From assembly GCA_963762145.1 (NCBI GenBank), contig CAVXJS010000021.1:864001-928000 (forward strand): a stretch of DNA of 64,000 bases. Reading direction: 5' to 3'. Position 1 is the first letter of the stretch. Every line of letters starts with the position of its first letter. The notes under the pieces were generated by a model that saw only the letters and a program-made list of their open reading frames with translations, had not been told where the DNA came from and ran no database searches. Both the position numbers and the translations under genes were made by a program. This DNA comes from an uncultured Candidatus Rokubacteria bacterium (GTDB lineage Bacteria; Methylomirabilota; Methylomirabilia; Rokubacteriales; CSP1-6). Shown here piece after piece: positions 1 to 9,890 of the stretch.

Positions 1-237
1 GGCGATCTTGGGCGGCCAGTTGCCCGCCTTCACCGCGTCCGCCCGGAGGCGGTTGCGCTCGCTCATGTTCTCGTACGGCCACACGTGGATGATCTCGTTC
101 AGCGGCCCGATCTCGGTGTGCCAGAAGGCGGCCAGCGGGGAGATCTTCTTGCGGTGCTCGTAGCCCTCGCCGAAGCGCTTCTCCACCTCGGGGAGGCTGC
201 CCACCTTCACGCGGTACGTGCGGATCTCGTAGATCAC
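1..237 (-). CDS. NIPSNAP family protein (partial, runs off the left edge)
   Basis: Hand translation from GTG at 237 (SD AAGGAG): MIYEIRTYRVKVGSLPEVEKRFGEGYEHRKKISPLAAFWHTEIGPLNEIIHVWPY; YEIRTY and GPLNEIIHVWPY are typical NIPSNAP motifs. Not in the ORF track. Confidence 0.85.
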   Translation of the reverse strand, partial: MIYEIRTYRVKVGSLPEVEKRFGEGYEHRKKISPLAAFWHTEIGPLNEIIHVWPYENMSERNRLRADAVKAGNWPPKIA

Positions 238-292
238 GACGCCACTCCTTCTCGACTGCGGGGGAACTGCGGGCGCTGCGGTTTCTCCGATG

Positions 293-1045
293 CTACTGGG
301 CCGTCCAGCCTCCGTCGATCACCAGCTCGCTCCCGGTCACGAAGGACGACTCGTCCGAAGCGAGATACAGAACCCCGTAGGCGACCTCGTCCGGCTCGCC
401 GTAACGGCCGAGCGGGATGCGCGAGACCATGTACTCGTAGTGCCCGGGGTCGCCGCGGCGCGCCTCGGTCATGGGGGTCACGATCGGCCCCGGGTGCACC
501 GAGTTGGCGCGGATGCGCTCGCGCGCGTACTGCACCGCGGTCAGCTTGGTCAGGGTCCGCACCGCGCCCTTGGAGGCCTGGTACTGCGGGCTGCTGCGCT
601 CGAGGCCCACCATTCCGAGCTGCGAGGAGATGTTGACGATCGAGCCCCCGCCCGCCCGGCGCATCGCGGGGATCGCGGCCTTGGTGCCCAGGAAGACGCC
701 CTTGGCGTTGACGTCCATGCCGTGATCCCACGCCTCCGCGGTCGTGTGCTCGAGCAGGCTGCCCCCGCCCACCCCCGCGTTGTTCACCAGCACGTCGAGG
801 CGCCCGAAGCGGGAGACCGCGGTGGCCACCGCGCGCTCCCAGTCCGGCTCGCTCGTCACGTCGAGGCGCACGTAGACCGCCTCCCCGCCCTTGCCGGTGA
901 TCTCGGCCTCGACCCGCTTGCCCTCCGCGTCGAGGATGTCGCCCAGGACCACGCGCGCGCCTTCCCGCGCGAACAGGATCGCCTCCGACGCGCCCATGCC
1001 GCGCGCGCCGCCGCTGATCAGGGCGACCTTGCCCGCGAGTCTCAC
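293..1045 (-). CDS. SDR family NAD(P)-dependent oxidoreductase
   Basis: GGARGMG Rossmann motif, NNAG, catalytic YQASK, C-terminal GSELVIDGG. Confidence 0.93.
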   Translation of the reverse strand: MRLAGKVALISGGARGMGASEAILFAREGARVVLGDILDAEGKRVEAEITGKGGEAVYVRLDVTSEPDWERAVATAVSRFGRLDVLVNNAGVGGGSLLEHTTAEAWDHGMDVNAKGVFLGTKAAIPAMRRAGGGSIVNISSQLGMVGLERSSPQYQASKGAVRTLTKLTAVQYARERIRANSVHPGPIVTPMTEARRGDPGHYEYMVSRIPLGRYGEPDEVAYGVLYLASDESSFVTGSELVIDGGWTAQ

Positions 1046-1672
1046 TTGGTGCCGAAGAGCCGGTCGCCCGCGTCGCCGAGGCCGGGGACGATGTAGCCGT
1101 GCTCGTTCAGGTGGCTGTCGATGGCCGCGGTGTAGACCGGCACGTCGGGGTGCTCCTGGTGGAAGTGCTCGAGGCCTTCCGGGCAGGTCAGGAGGCAGAC
1201 GAAGCGGATCGAGCGGGGGCCGGTGGCCTTCACGCGGTGGATCGCGGCGACCGCCGAGTTGCCGGTGGCGAGCATGGGATCGAGCACGACCGCGTCACGC
1301 TCTCCCATCTCGTGCGGCACCTTGAAGTAGTACTCGACCGCCTGGAGCGTCGTTCGGATCGCGGTAGAGGCCCACGTGGCCGACGCGCGCGCTCGGCAGG
1401 ATACGGAGCATGCCGTCGAGGAGGCCGTTGCCCGCGCGCAGGATCGAGATCAGCACGATCTTCTTGCCGTCCAGGAGCCGGATCGTGGCGGGCCCCACCG
1501 GGGTCTCGGCCGCGACCTCGTGGGTGGGCAGCTCACGGGTCACCTCGTAGGCCAGCAGCATGCTGATCTCCGCGAGCAGGCTGCGGAACTCGGACGTGCT
1601 CGTCTCGCGCCTCCGCATGAGGCCGAGCTTGTGCTGCACGAGCGGGTGGCCGATGACGACGACGTCGTCCAG
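1042..1672 (-). CDS. upp: Uracil phosphoribosyltransferase, split by a +1 frameshift near 1353 (pseudogene or sequencing error)
   Basis: ORF 1295..1741 has [13 protein letters not shown] and GLYRDP; ORF 1042..1320 has DPMLATGNS and [17 protein letters not shown]. Removing one base restores ...[14 protein letters not shown]. Start uncertain (CTG at 1672). Confidence 0.88.
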
Positions 1673-1681
1673 GGCTAGAGG

Positions 1682-1757
1682 GCTCGGAGGGGGCTGCGCC
1701 CCCTGCCGAACCTCCCCCCAAAGGCAGATCGCGCGGGCCAAGCCCGCGCTCGGAGCG
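1682..1757. repeat. GC-rich double-hairpin intergenic element
   Basis: GGGGGCTGCGCCCCC and GCGCGGGCCAAGCCCGCGC hairpins between the upp 5' end and the tauD-like 3' end; single copy in this window. Confidence 0.45.
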
Positions 1758-1803
1758 GACCCTCCAACCGGCTACGCGTCATGATGGGGTACCAGGACAG
1801 ACC

Positions 1804-2742
1804 CTAGACCAGTTCGAGCTGCGAGCGGCCCCAGGTCACGTCGACCTCGCGGGCCGGGCTGACCATCGCGGGTCCCTCGTCGGGGGCGGTCGGCCCCTCG
1901 CCGGCCACGGTGGTGCGGTGCATGACCCGCCGGTACTTCGACTCGTCCCACGGGCGCCCGCGGTGGAGCATGCACCGGTTGTCCCACATGACCAGGTCGC
2001 CGACCCGCCACTGGTGCGTGTAGACCAGCTCGGGCCGGGTGGCGGCCTCCCGCAGCTCGCGCAGGAGCGCGCGCGCCTCCGCGGTGGGCATGCCCACGAT
2101 CTCGCAGGCGTGCGAGCCCACGTAGAACGCCTTGCGTCCGTTCGCGGGATTGGCGCGGACCAGGGCCTGCCGCACCGGCGGCACCTGGGCCGCGTGCTCG
2201 GGTGGCATCAGCCCGTCGTCCACGAGCCCCCGCGAGTACACGAAACTGTGGACGGCCACCTTGCCCTCGAGGAAGCGCTGCATGTCCACCGGCAGGCGCT
2301 CGTAGGCCACCCGCATGCTCGCGAACTGGGTCTCGCCGCCCTCCGGCGGGATCTCGCGGGCGGAGAGCAGCGACGCGTGCGCGGGCACCTTCTTGAACGA
2401 GCTGTCGGTGTGCCACATCTGATTGCCCGCATTGAAGAGATTGCGCTTGTCGCCCGCCGGGATCAGGCGGCCCTCCCCGTCCACGTTGGACAGGTTCGAG
2501 ATCTGGGGCGGGGTGCTCGCCAGGGTGTTGATGCTCCGGATGGTCGTCTCGAGCGGCCCGAAGCGCCGGCTGAACGCGACCTGCTCCTCGTCGGTGAGGG
2601 ATTGCCCGCGGAAGAGCAGCACCGAGCGCTCGTTGAACGCGGCGACGAGCTCCTGAAACACGGGCTCCTCCACCGTCTTGACGTCGACGCCCACGATCTC
2701 GGCTCCGAACAGGGGGTGGAGCGTCCTCGTCGTCAGTGACAT
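1804..2742 (-). CDS. TauD/TfdA family Fe(II)/2-oxoglutarate dioxygenase
   Basis: WHTDSSF (HxD), GGETQFA, WDNRCMLHRG, RTTVAG. ATG at 2742 with GGAGG SD; the ORF-track N-terminal extension is spurious. Confidence 0.92.
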   Translation of the reverse strand: MSLTTRTLHPLFGAEIVGVDVKTVEEPVFQELVAAFNERSVLLFRGQSLTDEEQVAFSRRFGPLETTIRSINTLASTPPQISNLSNVDGEGRLIPAGDKRNLFNAGNQMWHTDSSFKKVPAHASLLSAREIPPEGGETQFASMRVAYERLPVDMQRFLEGKVAVHSFVYSRGLVDDGLMPPEHAAQVPPVRQALVRANPANGRKAFYVGSHACEIVGMPTAEARALLRELREAATRPELVYTHQWRVGDLVMWDNRCMLHRGRPWDESKYRRVMHRTTVAGEGPTAPDEGPAMVSPAREVDVTWGRSQLELV

Positions 2743-2848
2743 GGCGTGCCCTCCTCCGGGGTCCCGATCATAAGCGAGCGGGTCGGGGGCCCGCAACCGC
2801 TTGCGCCCCCGGGCCCGGCGGGTATGCTCTCTGCCGGGAGGCCCCACC

Positions 2849-3320
2849 ATGTCCACCGTCTCGTCCCCGATCAGCATCGTCATCGACCGCCTGGCTGGAG
2901 GTCCCACCGCGCCCGGGGCCGGCGGCGCGACCCCGCTGCGCACCCGTGTCGCCGAGGTCGTCGCGCAGATGGGCCCGGCCCCTTGGTCGCGGCGCATCAT
3001 CGCCGACGAGCGCAACCTGGTGACCCTCATCGCCTCTCCGCCGGGCGGCGGCAACCGGCCGCACTGGCATCGCGAGTTCGACGAGTGGTGGGTGGTGCTC
3101 GCGGGGCGCCTGCAGTGGGAGCTGACCGGCGGCGTGGTGGTGGACGCGGCCAAGGACGACATCGTGTGGGTGCCGCGCGGCGCGCGTGCACCACATCCGG
3201 AACGTCGGGACCGACCTGTCGCTGCGCCTGGCGGTGGCGATGCCGCCCGCCTGGCACTTCTACCACCCGTGCGAGCAGTGCGGCTTCAGCGACGATGGCC
3301 CGGAGTCGTGGTGTGCTTGA
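2849..3320 (+). CDS. Cupin domain protein with +1 frameshift near 3185
   Basis: PHWHREFDEWWVVLAG (cupin motif 1). Motif 2 (VPRGA/VHHIRNVG) continues in the shifted frame to ...HPCEQCGFSDDGPESWCA-TGA at 3318-3320. Confidence 0.8.
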
Positions 3321-3422
3321 TCGGAGGGGGCCTCAGGGACGCTTGCGGAGGGTGACGCGCCTGCTTATGCTTTGGCCCACTACGCAGCATCGGATAGCGG
3401 AGCACCGGAAAGGGGAGCGTCC

Positions 3423-4484
3423 ATGACGACGTCAGCGGGTCCCTCTCACGTCTACGTTGGAGCAGCGAAGTGGACCGGCGGGAGCAAGAGCGGGGTGTTC
3501 CGGCGCGGCGAGGACGACACGCGCTGGGAGCTCTGCAACAAGGGCCTGCCCGACGACGTGCACGTGCAGGCGATCACGGTGCACCCGACGAATCCGGACG
3601 TGGTCTACGTGGGCACCCAGGACGGCCCCTACCGGAGCGTGGACCGCGGCGAGCGCTGGGACCGCCTGCCCTTCCCGGAGGACGGCGGCCAGGTCTGGTC
3701 GATCACGGTGCATCCGAAGAACCCGCGCACGCTCCTCATCGGCACCTCGCCGGTCGGCATCTATCGCAGCGACGACGAGGGCGCCTCGTGGCGGAAGCTG
3801 CCGAACGCGGTGCAGCCCGAGCGCGTGAAGATGCCGTTCGCGTGCCGGGTGATGCGCATCGACATCGATCCCGCCCAGCCCGACCACATCTACGCCGCGC
3901 TCGAGGTGGGCGGCGCCATGCGGAGCCTCGACGGCGGCGTGACCTGGAACGATTGCAGCGCCGACCTCGTGAAGCTCTCCGATCTGCCGCATCTCAAGAG
4001 CCGCATCGTGAGCGACAGTGAGATGGAAGGCATGCTCGACGGCCACGCGCTCTGCGTGAGCCCGGCCGCCTCCGGCACCGTGATCCTGGCCCTGCGCATG
4101 GGCCTCTTCCGCAGCACCGATAACGCAGCGCACTGGAAGGACATGGAGGTCGGCCGGTTCTCCCCGCTGACCTACAGCCGCGACATCCGCGTGTCGCCGC
4201 AGGACCCGCGTGTGCTCTACGCCTGCCTGAGCCCGGCCGCGCGCAGCGAGGACGGCTCGGTCTACCGGAGCGCCGACCTGGGCGAGACCTGGACGCGCTT
4301 CGACCGCGGCGTCAAGGCGGAGAGCACGATGATGGCGGTGGCGCTCCACCCACGCGACGCGGCCCGCGTCTACTGCGTGAGCCGTACTGGCCAGGTGTTC
4401 GGCACCCAGGACGCCGGGCGCACGTGGAGCGAGAACCGGCTGCCCGAGGGCGTCGGGGACGTCTACGCGATCGCCTGCGGGTGA
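3423..4484 (+). CDS. BNR/Asp-box repeat beta-propeller (VPS10/YCF48-like)
   Basis: Repeated SxDxGxxW boxes (RSVDRGERW, RSDDEGASW, RSLDGGVTW, RSADLGETW); ATG at 3423 with GGAG SD. Confidence 0.88.
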   Translation: MTTSAGPSHVYVGAAKWTGGSKSGVFRRGEDDTRWELCNKGLPDDVHVQAITVHPTNPDVVYVGTQDGPYRSVDRGERWDRLPFPEDGGQVWSITVHPKNPRTLLIGTSPVGIYRSDDEGASWRKLPNAVQPERVKMPFACRVMRIDIDPAQPDHIYAALEVGGAMRSLDGGVTWNDCSADLVKLSDLPHLKSRIVSDSEMEGMLDGHALCVSPAASGTVILALRMGLFRSTDNAAHWKDMEVGRFSPLTYSRDIRVSPQDPRVLYACLSPAARSEDGSVYRSADLGETWTRFDRGVKAESTMMAVALHPRDAARVYCVSRTGQVFGTQDAGRTWSENRLPEGVGDVYAIACG

Positions 4485-5137
4485 AGCTCCTCCTCGGCCC
4501 CCTCGGCACCAGGCCCCTCACCCTGCCCTCTCCCCAGTGGGGAGAGGGTAGAGGGAGTGAGGTCGCGGACGAAACAGCGCACGTCGCCCAGGTGCTCGTA
4601 GTGCTCGGTGTGGGCTGGCAGGCCGGCCTTCGCCGCGTCGAGCCCGAGTGATCTCAAAACCGGCTCGGTGAGGAGCGCGTAGCCGCCCTTCCGTTCGAGA
4701 CCGTTCTTCAGCAGCCGGTGCACCAGGATGACCGCGGTGCCGGTCACGCGGTTCCGCCCGCCGACCATGTGGCGCAGGAACGGGCCGTGGTGAACCACCA
4801 TCTTGAGATCGAGCGACCCGCTCTGCTGACACGCGCCGCACGGGCAGGTCTCGATTTCCTGCATCGCCCGCTGCCGCGCTTTGAAGGCGGCGAAGGCATC
4901 TTCCAGGACCTCGAGGAGCCGCTCCTTGGGCAATGGAGACCCCTCCCCACCGAGGGCGAACACCGCGTCGCCCTCGATCTCCTGGATCTCGAGCGGCGGC
5001 GACAGGTGCCCGACCACCTCGTCGAGCAGGGCCGCGATGATGTCGGAGCCGTGCTCGAGCTCCGTGGTGGTCACGAAGCGGGTGAAGCCGGACACATCGG
5101 CCAGGATCAGGAATCCGTGATCGGTTCGGTTGTTCAT
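4463..5137 (-). CDS. DUF2652-like protein (class III nucleotide cyclase fold)
   Basis: LADVSGFTRF, EIEGDAVF, CPCGAC, LKMVVHHG, HRLLKN; the C-terminus reads through a palindromic repeat. Confidence 0.8.
   Translation of the reverse strand: MNNRTDHGFLILADVSGFTRFVTTTELEHGSDIIAALLDEVVGHLSPPLEIQEIEGDAVFALGGEGSPLPKERLLEVLEDAFAAFKARQRAMQEIETCPCGACQQSGSLDLKMVVHHGPFLRHMVGGRNRVTGTAVILVHRLLKNGLERKGGYALLTEPVLRSLGLDAAKAGLPAHTEHYEHLGDVRCFVRDLTPSTLSPLGRGQGEGPGAEGAEEELHPQAIA
4514..4548 (+). repeat. REP-like palindrome, copy 1
   Basis: CCCTCACCCTGCCCTCTCCCC-n-GGGGAGAGGG; four copies in the window. Confidence 0.85.
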
Positions 5138-5481
5138 GCGTTACCTCCGGTCCGGCCGGTGGCCGAGACGATATCGAGGACCTGGACTGAGCGGGGCAGC
5201 TCGATGAGGAACTCGGCATCCCCTTCCAGGTGGTGGATGCGCCGCGGGTCCGGGCCGGCGAAGCGCGACATCGCCTCGATGCTCTCCCAGTAGGAGATCG
5301 TCACGAACTCGGTCTCGGTCGCGCGATCCTCGCGGAGCATGTGGACGCCCAGGGCCTTCGCCTCGAGGGGCCGGATGCCGTGCTCGTAGAGATACTGCGC
5401 GTACTCGTCGGCCCGGGCGGCCGTCGTGCGCCCGCGCCAGATACGCGCGATCGTGGGGCGGGAAGTCGGTGACTGGCTCAT
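5134..5481 (-). CDS. Antibiotic biosynthesis monooxygenase-like protein
   Basis: IARIWRG, EFVTISYWESIEAMSRFAG; overlaps the next gene by ATGA. Confidence 0.8.
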   Translation of the reverse strand: MSQSPTSRPTIARIWRGRTTAARADEYAQYLYEHGIRPLEAKALGVHMLREDRATETEFVTISYWESIEAMSRFAGPDPRRIHHLEGDAEFLIELPRSVQVLDIVSATGRTGGNA

Positions 5482-5530
5482 GCCCCTGAGACACCGGCCG
5501 AGGGCGGATGTGAAACAGGCCGGGTAGGGG

Positions 5531-6661
5531 CTAAGTCCGCTCCAGGATGTGCAAACCTCGGCCCCGGTCGATCAGGTAGAAGAGACCACGACCGTCCACC
5601 TCGACGTCGTTGCTGGAGACGCGGGCGTGACCGGCGGGGGGCTCCGGCAGGAAGTGGGCGACCTCGCGCGGGGCGTGAGGATTGGCGACGTCCACGACGC
5701 GGAGCCCGTAGGCGAACCAGGCCACCGGGATCTCGGTCCCGGTCACCCGCTCGCAGGGCTGATGGCAGCCGGTGAACTCGGGCTGAGGGTCGCCGTTCAC
5801 TCCCGGCACCTGGAAGGTCGAGATCGGCACCGGGTGGCGCTCGTCGGTGATGTCCACCAGCCAGAGGAACGACGGCGGCCCCGGGGCGGTCTTGGCCACG
5901 TCCTCGTCGGCGGCCAGCATGATCCGGCGACCGTGGAGCGGGAACGGCAGCGGCAGCGCGGTATGGGTCGGCGTGATGTAAGGCGGGCTCCAGTCGAGGC
6001 CGGAGACGAAACGGGGCTTGCTCATGTCCTCGATGTCGAGGATCACGAAGCCGCCGTGCCAGTAGCTCACGTAGAGCCGGTTGCCCGCGCGGATCGGGTG
6101 GTGGCAGCGATGATGGCGCCCCGACCACGCCGGCTTCTCGCCACCCGCGGTCCACTGCCCCGGCATCCACCAGCGCCCCACTTCCTTCGGGTTCGCGGGG
6201 TCCTGCAGATCGAGGATCATCACGATGTTGCCGACGTAGCCGTCCATCTCGGGCGAGATGTAAGCGTAGCGCCCGTCGAAGGTGAAGCGGTGCACGCCCG
6301 CGCCGCCGCACTTCCAGAACGTGATCTCGCGCGGCTTGCTCGGGGTGGACACGTCGTAGATCACGAGGCCGCCGCCGACGCCGGCCGGGGGCTGGTGGGC
6401 GGGCTGGGCCTCGCGGTTCACCAGCATGAGCCCGTTGGCCACGCGCACCTTGTGCGAGTGGGTCTGGGGCGGCACCTCGACGGTGGCGAGGATGCGGGGC
6501 CGGGCCGGGTCGCTCACGTCCACGATGCTGGTGCCGTGGGGCGCCTTCATGTGGGCGATGTAGGCGGTGGTCCCGTCGACGGAGACCTGGCCCCCGCCCG
6601 GGCAGTCGAGCCAGGACACCTGCCTGATGCCCTGCACGCTCGGCGCGATCGCGGTCGTCAT
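5531..6661 (-). CDS. LVIVD repeat beta-propeller protein
   Basis: Repeated IVDVSDP, IYDVSTP, ILDLQDP and VVDVANP motifs. Confidence 0.88.
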   Translation of the reverse strand: MTTAIAPSVQGIRQVSWLDCPGGGQVSVDGTTAYIAHMKAPHGTSIVDVSDPARPRILATVEVPPQTHSHKVRVANGLMLVNREAQPAHQPPAGVGGGLVIYDVSTPSKPREITFWKCGGAGVHRFTFDGRYAYISPEMDGYVGNIVMILDLQDPANPKEVGRWWMPGQWTAGGEKPAWSGRHHRCHHPIRAGNRLYVSYWHGGFVILDIEDMSKPRFVSGLDWSPPYITPTHTALPLPFPLHGRRIMLAADEDVAKTAPGPPSFLWLVDITDERHPVPISTFQVPGVNGDPQPEFTGCHQPCERVTGTEIPVAWFAYGLRVVDVANPHAPREVAHFLPEPPAGHARVSSNDVEVDGRGLFYLIDRGRGLHILERT

Positions 6662-6769
6662 GACGGCCGGAGCCTAGCAGACCGGGGGCCCGTCGCCAAG
6701 CCCGGGGGCCATTTGACAGCCCCCGCCGGGGCGTGACACATTCTCCGCAACTCGCAAAGGAGCGTCGCC

Positions 6770-8344
6770 ATGGCCACCTCCGTCGACCGGTCCCTGCGCC
6801 CCGAGATCAGCACTGCCTATGCGCGCCTCGAGGAGAAGATCCTGGAGCGGGACCAGAAGGGGGCCAGCGACATCTTCTATGACCTGGTGCGGGCCCAGGT
6901 CCCCCTCGCGGAGCTGGCCGGCCAGATCGTCCGCATCCACGCGCCCTACACGCACGTGCCGTACCATCAGCGCCTCGACGACGGCGTGCCGCGGTTCGTC
7001 AACAACGACCACTGCCTGCTCAGCTCCCGCGCCAGCCTCGACCTGATGCCGCTGATGCCGCCCGAGCTGGCCTACCTGCCCTACGCCCAGACCATCTGGT
7101 ACATGCCGACGGGCCTGGATCCCTGGAACCAGCTCCTCGGCAAGATGCCCGGGCACTACGTGCGCCTCTACGAGATCAAGTTCGAGGGCAAGCCGCCCCT
7201 GCCCGAGGTGCACTGGCCGGACCAGGCCCCGCTGCCGATCGAGGGGACGTGGCCCGAGCGGCTCAACACGTGGCTCACGCTCGTGCAGCGCGGCGAGGTC
7301 ATCAACTCCTATCGCGTCTTCCTCGGGCTCTGGGACGAGGCGGTGGGCGACGAGGCGAAGCGCACCACGCTGCTCGCCCAGCTCGTCTTCGCCGGACTCA
7401 TCGACGTGCAGGACCGCGTGCTGCACAATCGCTCCTACACCACCGGCCACAAGTCCTACCGTGCCCGCGCCACCGTGGAGGTCGCGCGCGCGGTGGGCTG
7501 GAAGCACGCGCACTCCATCCTGTACGCGGGCGTGCCCGACATCGCGGTGGGGCCGCGCTGGTACTCGACCTACGAGATGGGCTGCCTCGTGATCCAGAAC
7601 CTGCTCGACGGCCGGGACCGCGAGCTGCTCGAGAACGACCTGCCGCTGACGCCGGTCGAGTCGCTCGCGCTCCAGCAGGCGATCCTGAGCGGCCAGGAGC
7701 CGGCCTTCATCGACCTGATCGTGGCGCTGCTCAAGTCCGGCCGCGGCCACCGCCAGATCATCGACACGATCCAGCTCGCCTCGGCCCAGCTCATCATCGA
7801 GACCGGCGACGTCAACGCCTACTCGATGCCGCAGCACAGCTACGAGTACTGCAACACGGTGCGCTGGTTCTTCGACACCTTCCAGCACCCGCACCGCCTC
7901 AAGCTGCTCTTCGTGGCCGCCGCCTTCGTCACCCGCGCCGCGCACCACCAGAGGCACACCCCGGACAACAACCCGGTGAAGATCGCGCCCCCCAAGGGCT
8001 CCGACGCGCTCACCTCGTCGGAGGTGCTCAAGCGCCTGGACGGCGCGCTCGACGGCCTGCGCGCCTTCGAGGCGATGGACTGGGTCGCCGCCTACCTGCG
8101 AGACGGCGCGGACCGCGGCCCGCTGCTGCAGACGCTCGCGGTGGGTGCGGCGAAGGCGGGCAACGATCCGCACAACCAGGAGCTGGGGATCTGCCTGCTC
8201 GACGACTACCGCCACTCGACCGCGGAGGAGCGCGACCGTCTGCTCTACGCCTCGGCCAAGCACACCGCGGGGCATCGCAAGTACGGCAGCCACCTGGACG
8301 CGTGGCGGCGGTACGCGGACGCCTTCGGCCTCGCCCGCTCCTGA
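6770..8344 (+). CDS. Hypothetical helical protein with four His-bearing pseudo-repeats
   Basis: 524 aa, AAGGAG SD, strong coding codon bias; segments NDHC, TGHK, PQHS and DPHN. Confidence 0.8.
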   Translation: MATSVDRSLRPEISTAYARLEEKILERDQKGASDIFYDLVRAQVPLAELAGQIVRIHAPYTHVPYHQRLDDGVPRFVNNDHCLLSSRASLDLMPLMPPELAYLPYAQTIWYMPTGLDPWNQLLGKMPGHYVRLYEIKFEGKPPLPEVHWPDQAPLPIEGTWPERLNTWLTLVQRGEVINSYRVFLGLWDEAVGDEAKRTTLLAQLVFAGLIDVQDRVLHNRSYTTGHKSYRARATVEVARAVGWKHAHSILYAGVPDIAVGPRWYSTYEMGCLVIQNLLDGRDRELLENDLPLTPVESLALQQAILSGQEPAFIDLIVALLKSGRGHRQIIDTIQLASAQLIIETGDVNAYSMPQHSYEYCNTVRWFFDTFQHPHRLKLLFVAAAFVTRAAHHQRHTPDNNPVKIAPPKGSDALTSSEVLKRLDGALDGLRAFEAMDWVAAYLRDGADRGPLLQTLAVGAAKAGNDPHNQELGICLLDDYRHSTAEERDRLLYASAKHTAGHRKYGSHLDAWRRYADAFGLARS

Positions 8345-8496
8345 GGTTCCAACTCGACTCCCGAACCATAGAAGACTTACCTGCCCAGGTCTGGAACTTC
8401 TTACTTGGCTTGATCGGGTTTCGCCGATCGGGGGCCGCTAAGTATTCACTGCGGTACAAAGACCGCTTTGGCTCGCCTCTTGCCCCGTGAGGGCTC

Positions 8497-8751
8497 ATGG
8501 GGTCTCAGAAGCCCCGCGCGGCCGGCGATGATTCAGCAGGCAACGACGCCACCGGGGTGACGGCATTGCTCGCGGAGCTCAGTCCGAGTACCGACTTGCC
8601 GTCGCTGGTCGAACGAGTGTCTCGGAGCGATCTCTCCCGGATCGTGATCCCGGCTGCAACCCTTGCCGCCTGGAAACGACGGGACCCCTCAGGCTTGGCC
8701 AAGGTCCTTACCTGGCTCGAAGCCAAGGGGGTCACGATCGCGGCTACTTGA
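8497..8751 (+). CDS. Small hypothetical protein
   Basis: 84-aa ATG ORF with GAGG SD and an amphipathic C-terminal half. Confidence 0.45.
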   Translation: MGSQKPRAAGDDSAGNDATGVTALLAELSPSTDLPSLVERVSRSDLSRIVIPAATLAAWKRRDPSGLAKVLTWLEAKGVTIAAT

Positions 8752-8783
8752 CGGTATCGGCGAACAGGCGCTAGATAAGTCCT

Positions 8784-9527
8784 GTGACTGCCCGCGTCTA
8801 CTACCGCCAGGGCTGAAGCTCCTGCGCCAAGACGAAAGAGTTGCTTTCGTCATGGGGAGTGGCCTTCGAGGGCTTCGACGTCGAGGCCCAGCCGGAGCGC
8901 CGGGCTGACCTCGAAGCGTTTGGCGTGATGCGCGTGCCCGCCACCATCGTGGGGGAGCGCATCGTGCACGGCTGGAACCCGCAGGCGCTGGCCGAGCTGG
9001 TCGGCGTGCGCTATCGCGCGCCGAAGAAGCTGACCCCGGCCCAGCTCGCCGAGCGGATGGACCTCGTCCTGGCCGCGACCCAGCGGGCGATCCGGCAGGT
9101 GCCGCGCGAGCACCTCGGCATGAAGTACCCGGGGCGCGATCGGACGGTGCACCAGCTCGGCTTTCACGTGTTCCGGGTGGCCGCCTCGTACGCGGACACC
9201 CGGGAGCAGGGCAATCTCGACGGCGCCTGGTTCGAGGAGAACGCGCCGCCCGAGATGGCCGACGGCGACGCGGTGGCGCGCTACGGGGAGACGGTCCGCG
9301 CGCGCCTACGGGCGTTCTTCGCGCGGCCCGGGTGGTGCGATGGCGAGGTGAGCACCTACTACGGCCCGCAGTCGGCGCCCGAGTTCATGGAGCGCACGAC
9401 GTGGCACTCGGCCCAGCACCTGCGACAGATTTACTGGTTCCTGGACGAGCTCCACGTGAACAAGGACGCGCCGCTCACCGACGCGGACCTCGAGGGGCTG
9501 CCGTTCCCGCGCGAGGTTTGGTCTTAG
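8784..9527 (+). CDS. Glutaredoxin-like (UxxC) / DinB-like fusion, putative selenoprotein
   Basis: GTG at 8784 is in frame with ORF 8841..9527 through TGA 8814-8816: MTARVYYRQG-U-SSCAKTKELL. Trx-fold VPA cis-Pro motif; DinB-like HQLGFH and WHSAQHLRQI. Confidence 0.8.
8817..8859 (+). promoter_or_regulatory. Putative bacterial SECIS hairpin
   Basis: Perfect 8-bp stem GACGAAAG (8831-8838) / CTTTCGTC (8844-8851), loop AGTTG starting 22 nt after the TGA, lower stem CTCC/GGAG. Confidence 0.65.
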
Positions 9528-9888
9528 CCCCCTCACCCTGCCCTCTCCCCCTCCGGGGGAGAGGGTTCTTGTTCGCGATGAAGGTGTGGGCCTCGCACAC
9601 CACCTGCTCGACCCGCTTCCAGCTCGGGCGCCCGTCGAGGCGCACCCCCACCCAGCCGCGCACCCCGACGTAGGGCGGCACGAAGAACCGCTCCGAATCC
9701 TCTCGGACGAGCAGCGCCTGGGCGCCGAGCGGCATCGCGAGCCAGACGCCCACGTGCGGGGCGCCGTGGTGATGGTTGTCGAACGTGGCGAACATCCGGC
9801 CACTCACCCAGAACGTGGGCTCACCGTGGGAGATCTTCTCCGCGGTCCCCGGCAGCGCGAGGCAGATGCGCCGCAGACGCGCCAGCAG
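9475..9888 (-). CDS. MmcQ/YjbR family protein
   Basis: LRRICLALP, SHGEPTFWV, RFFVPPYVGVRGWVGVRLD at the 3' end of ORF 9475..10812. No canonical start (CTG at 9888); the C-terminus reads through a palindrome. Confidence 0.75.
   Translation of the reverse strand: MLARLRRICLALPGTAEKISHGEPTFWVSGRMFATFDNHHHGAPHVGVWLAMPLGAQALLVREDSERFFVPPYVGVRGWVGVRLDGRPSWKRVEQVVCEAHTFIANKNPLPRRGRGQGEGAKTKPRAGTAAPRGPRR
9528..9565 (+). repeat. REP-like palindrome, copy 2
   Basis: CCCTCACCCTGCCCTCTCCCCCTCCGGGGGAGAGGG at a convergent gene junction. Confidence 0.85.
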
Positions 9889-9890
9889 CG

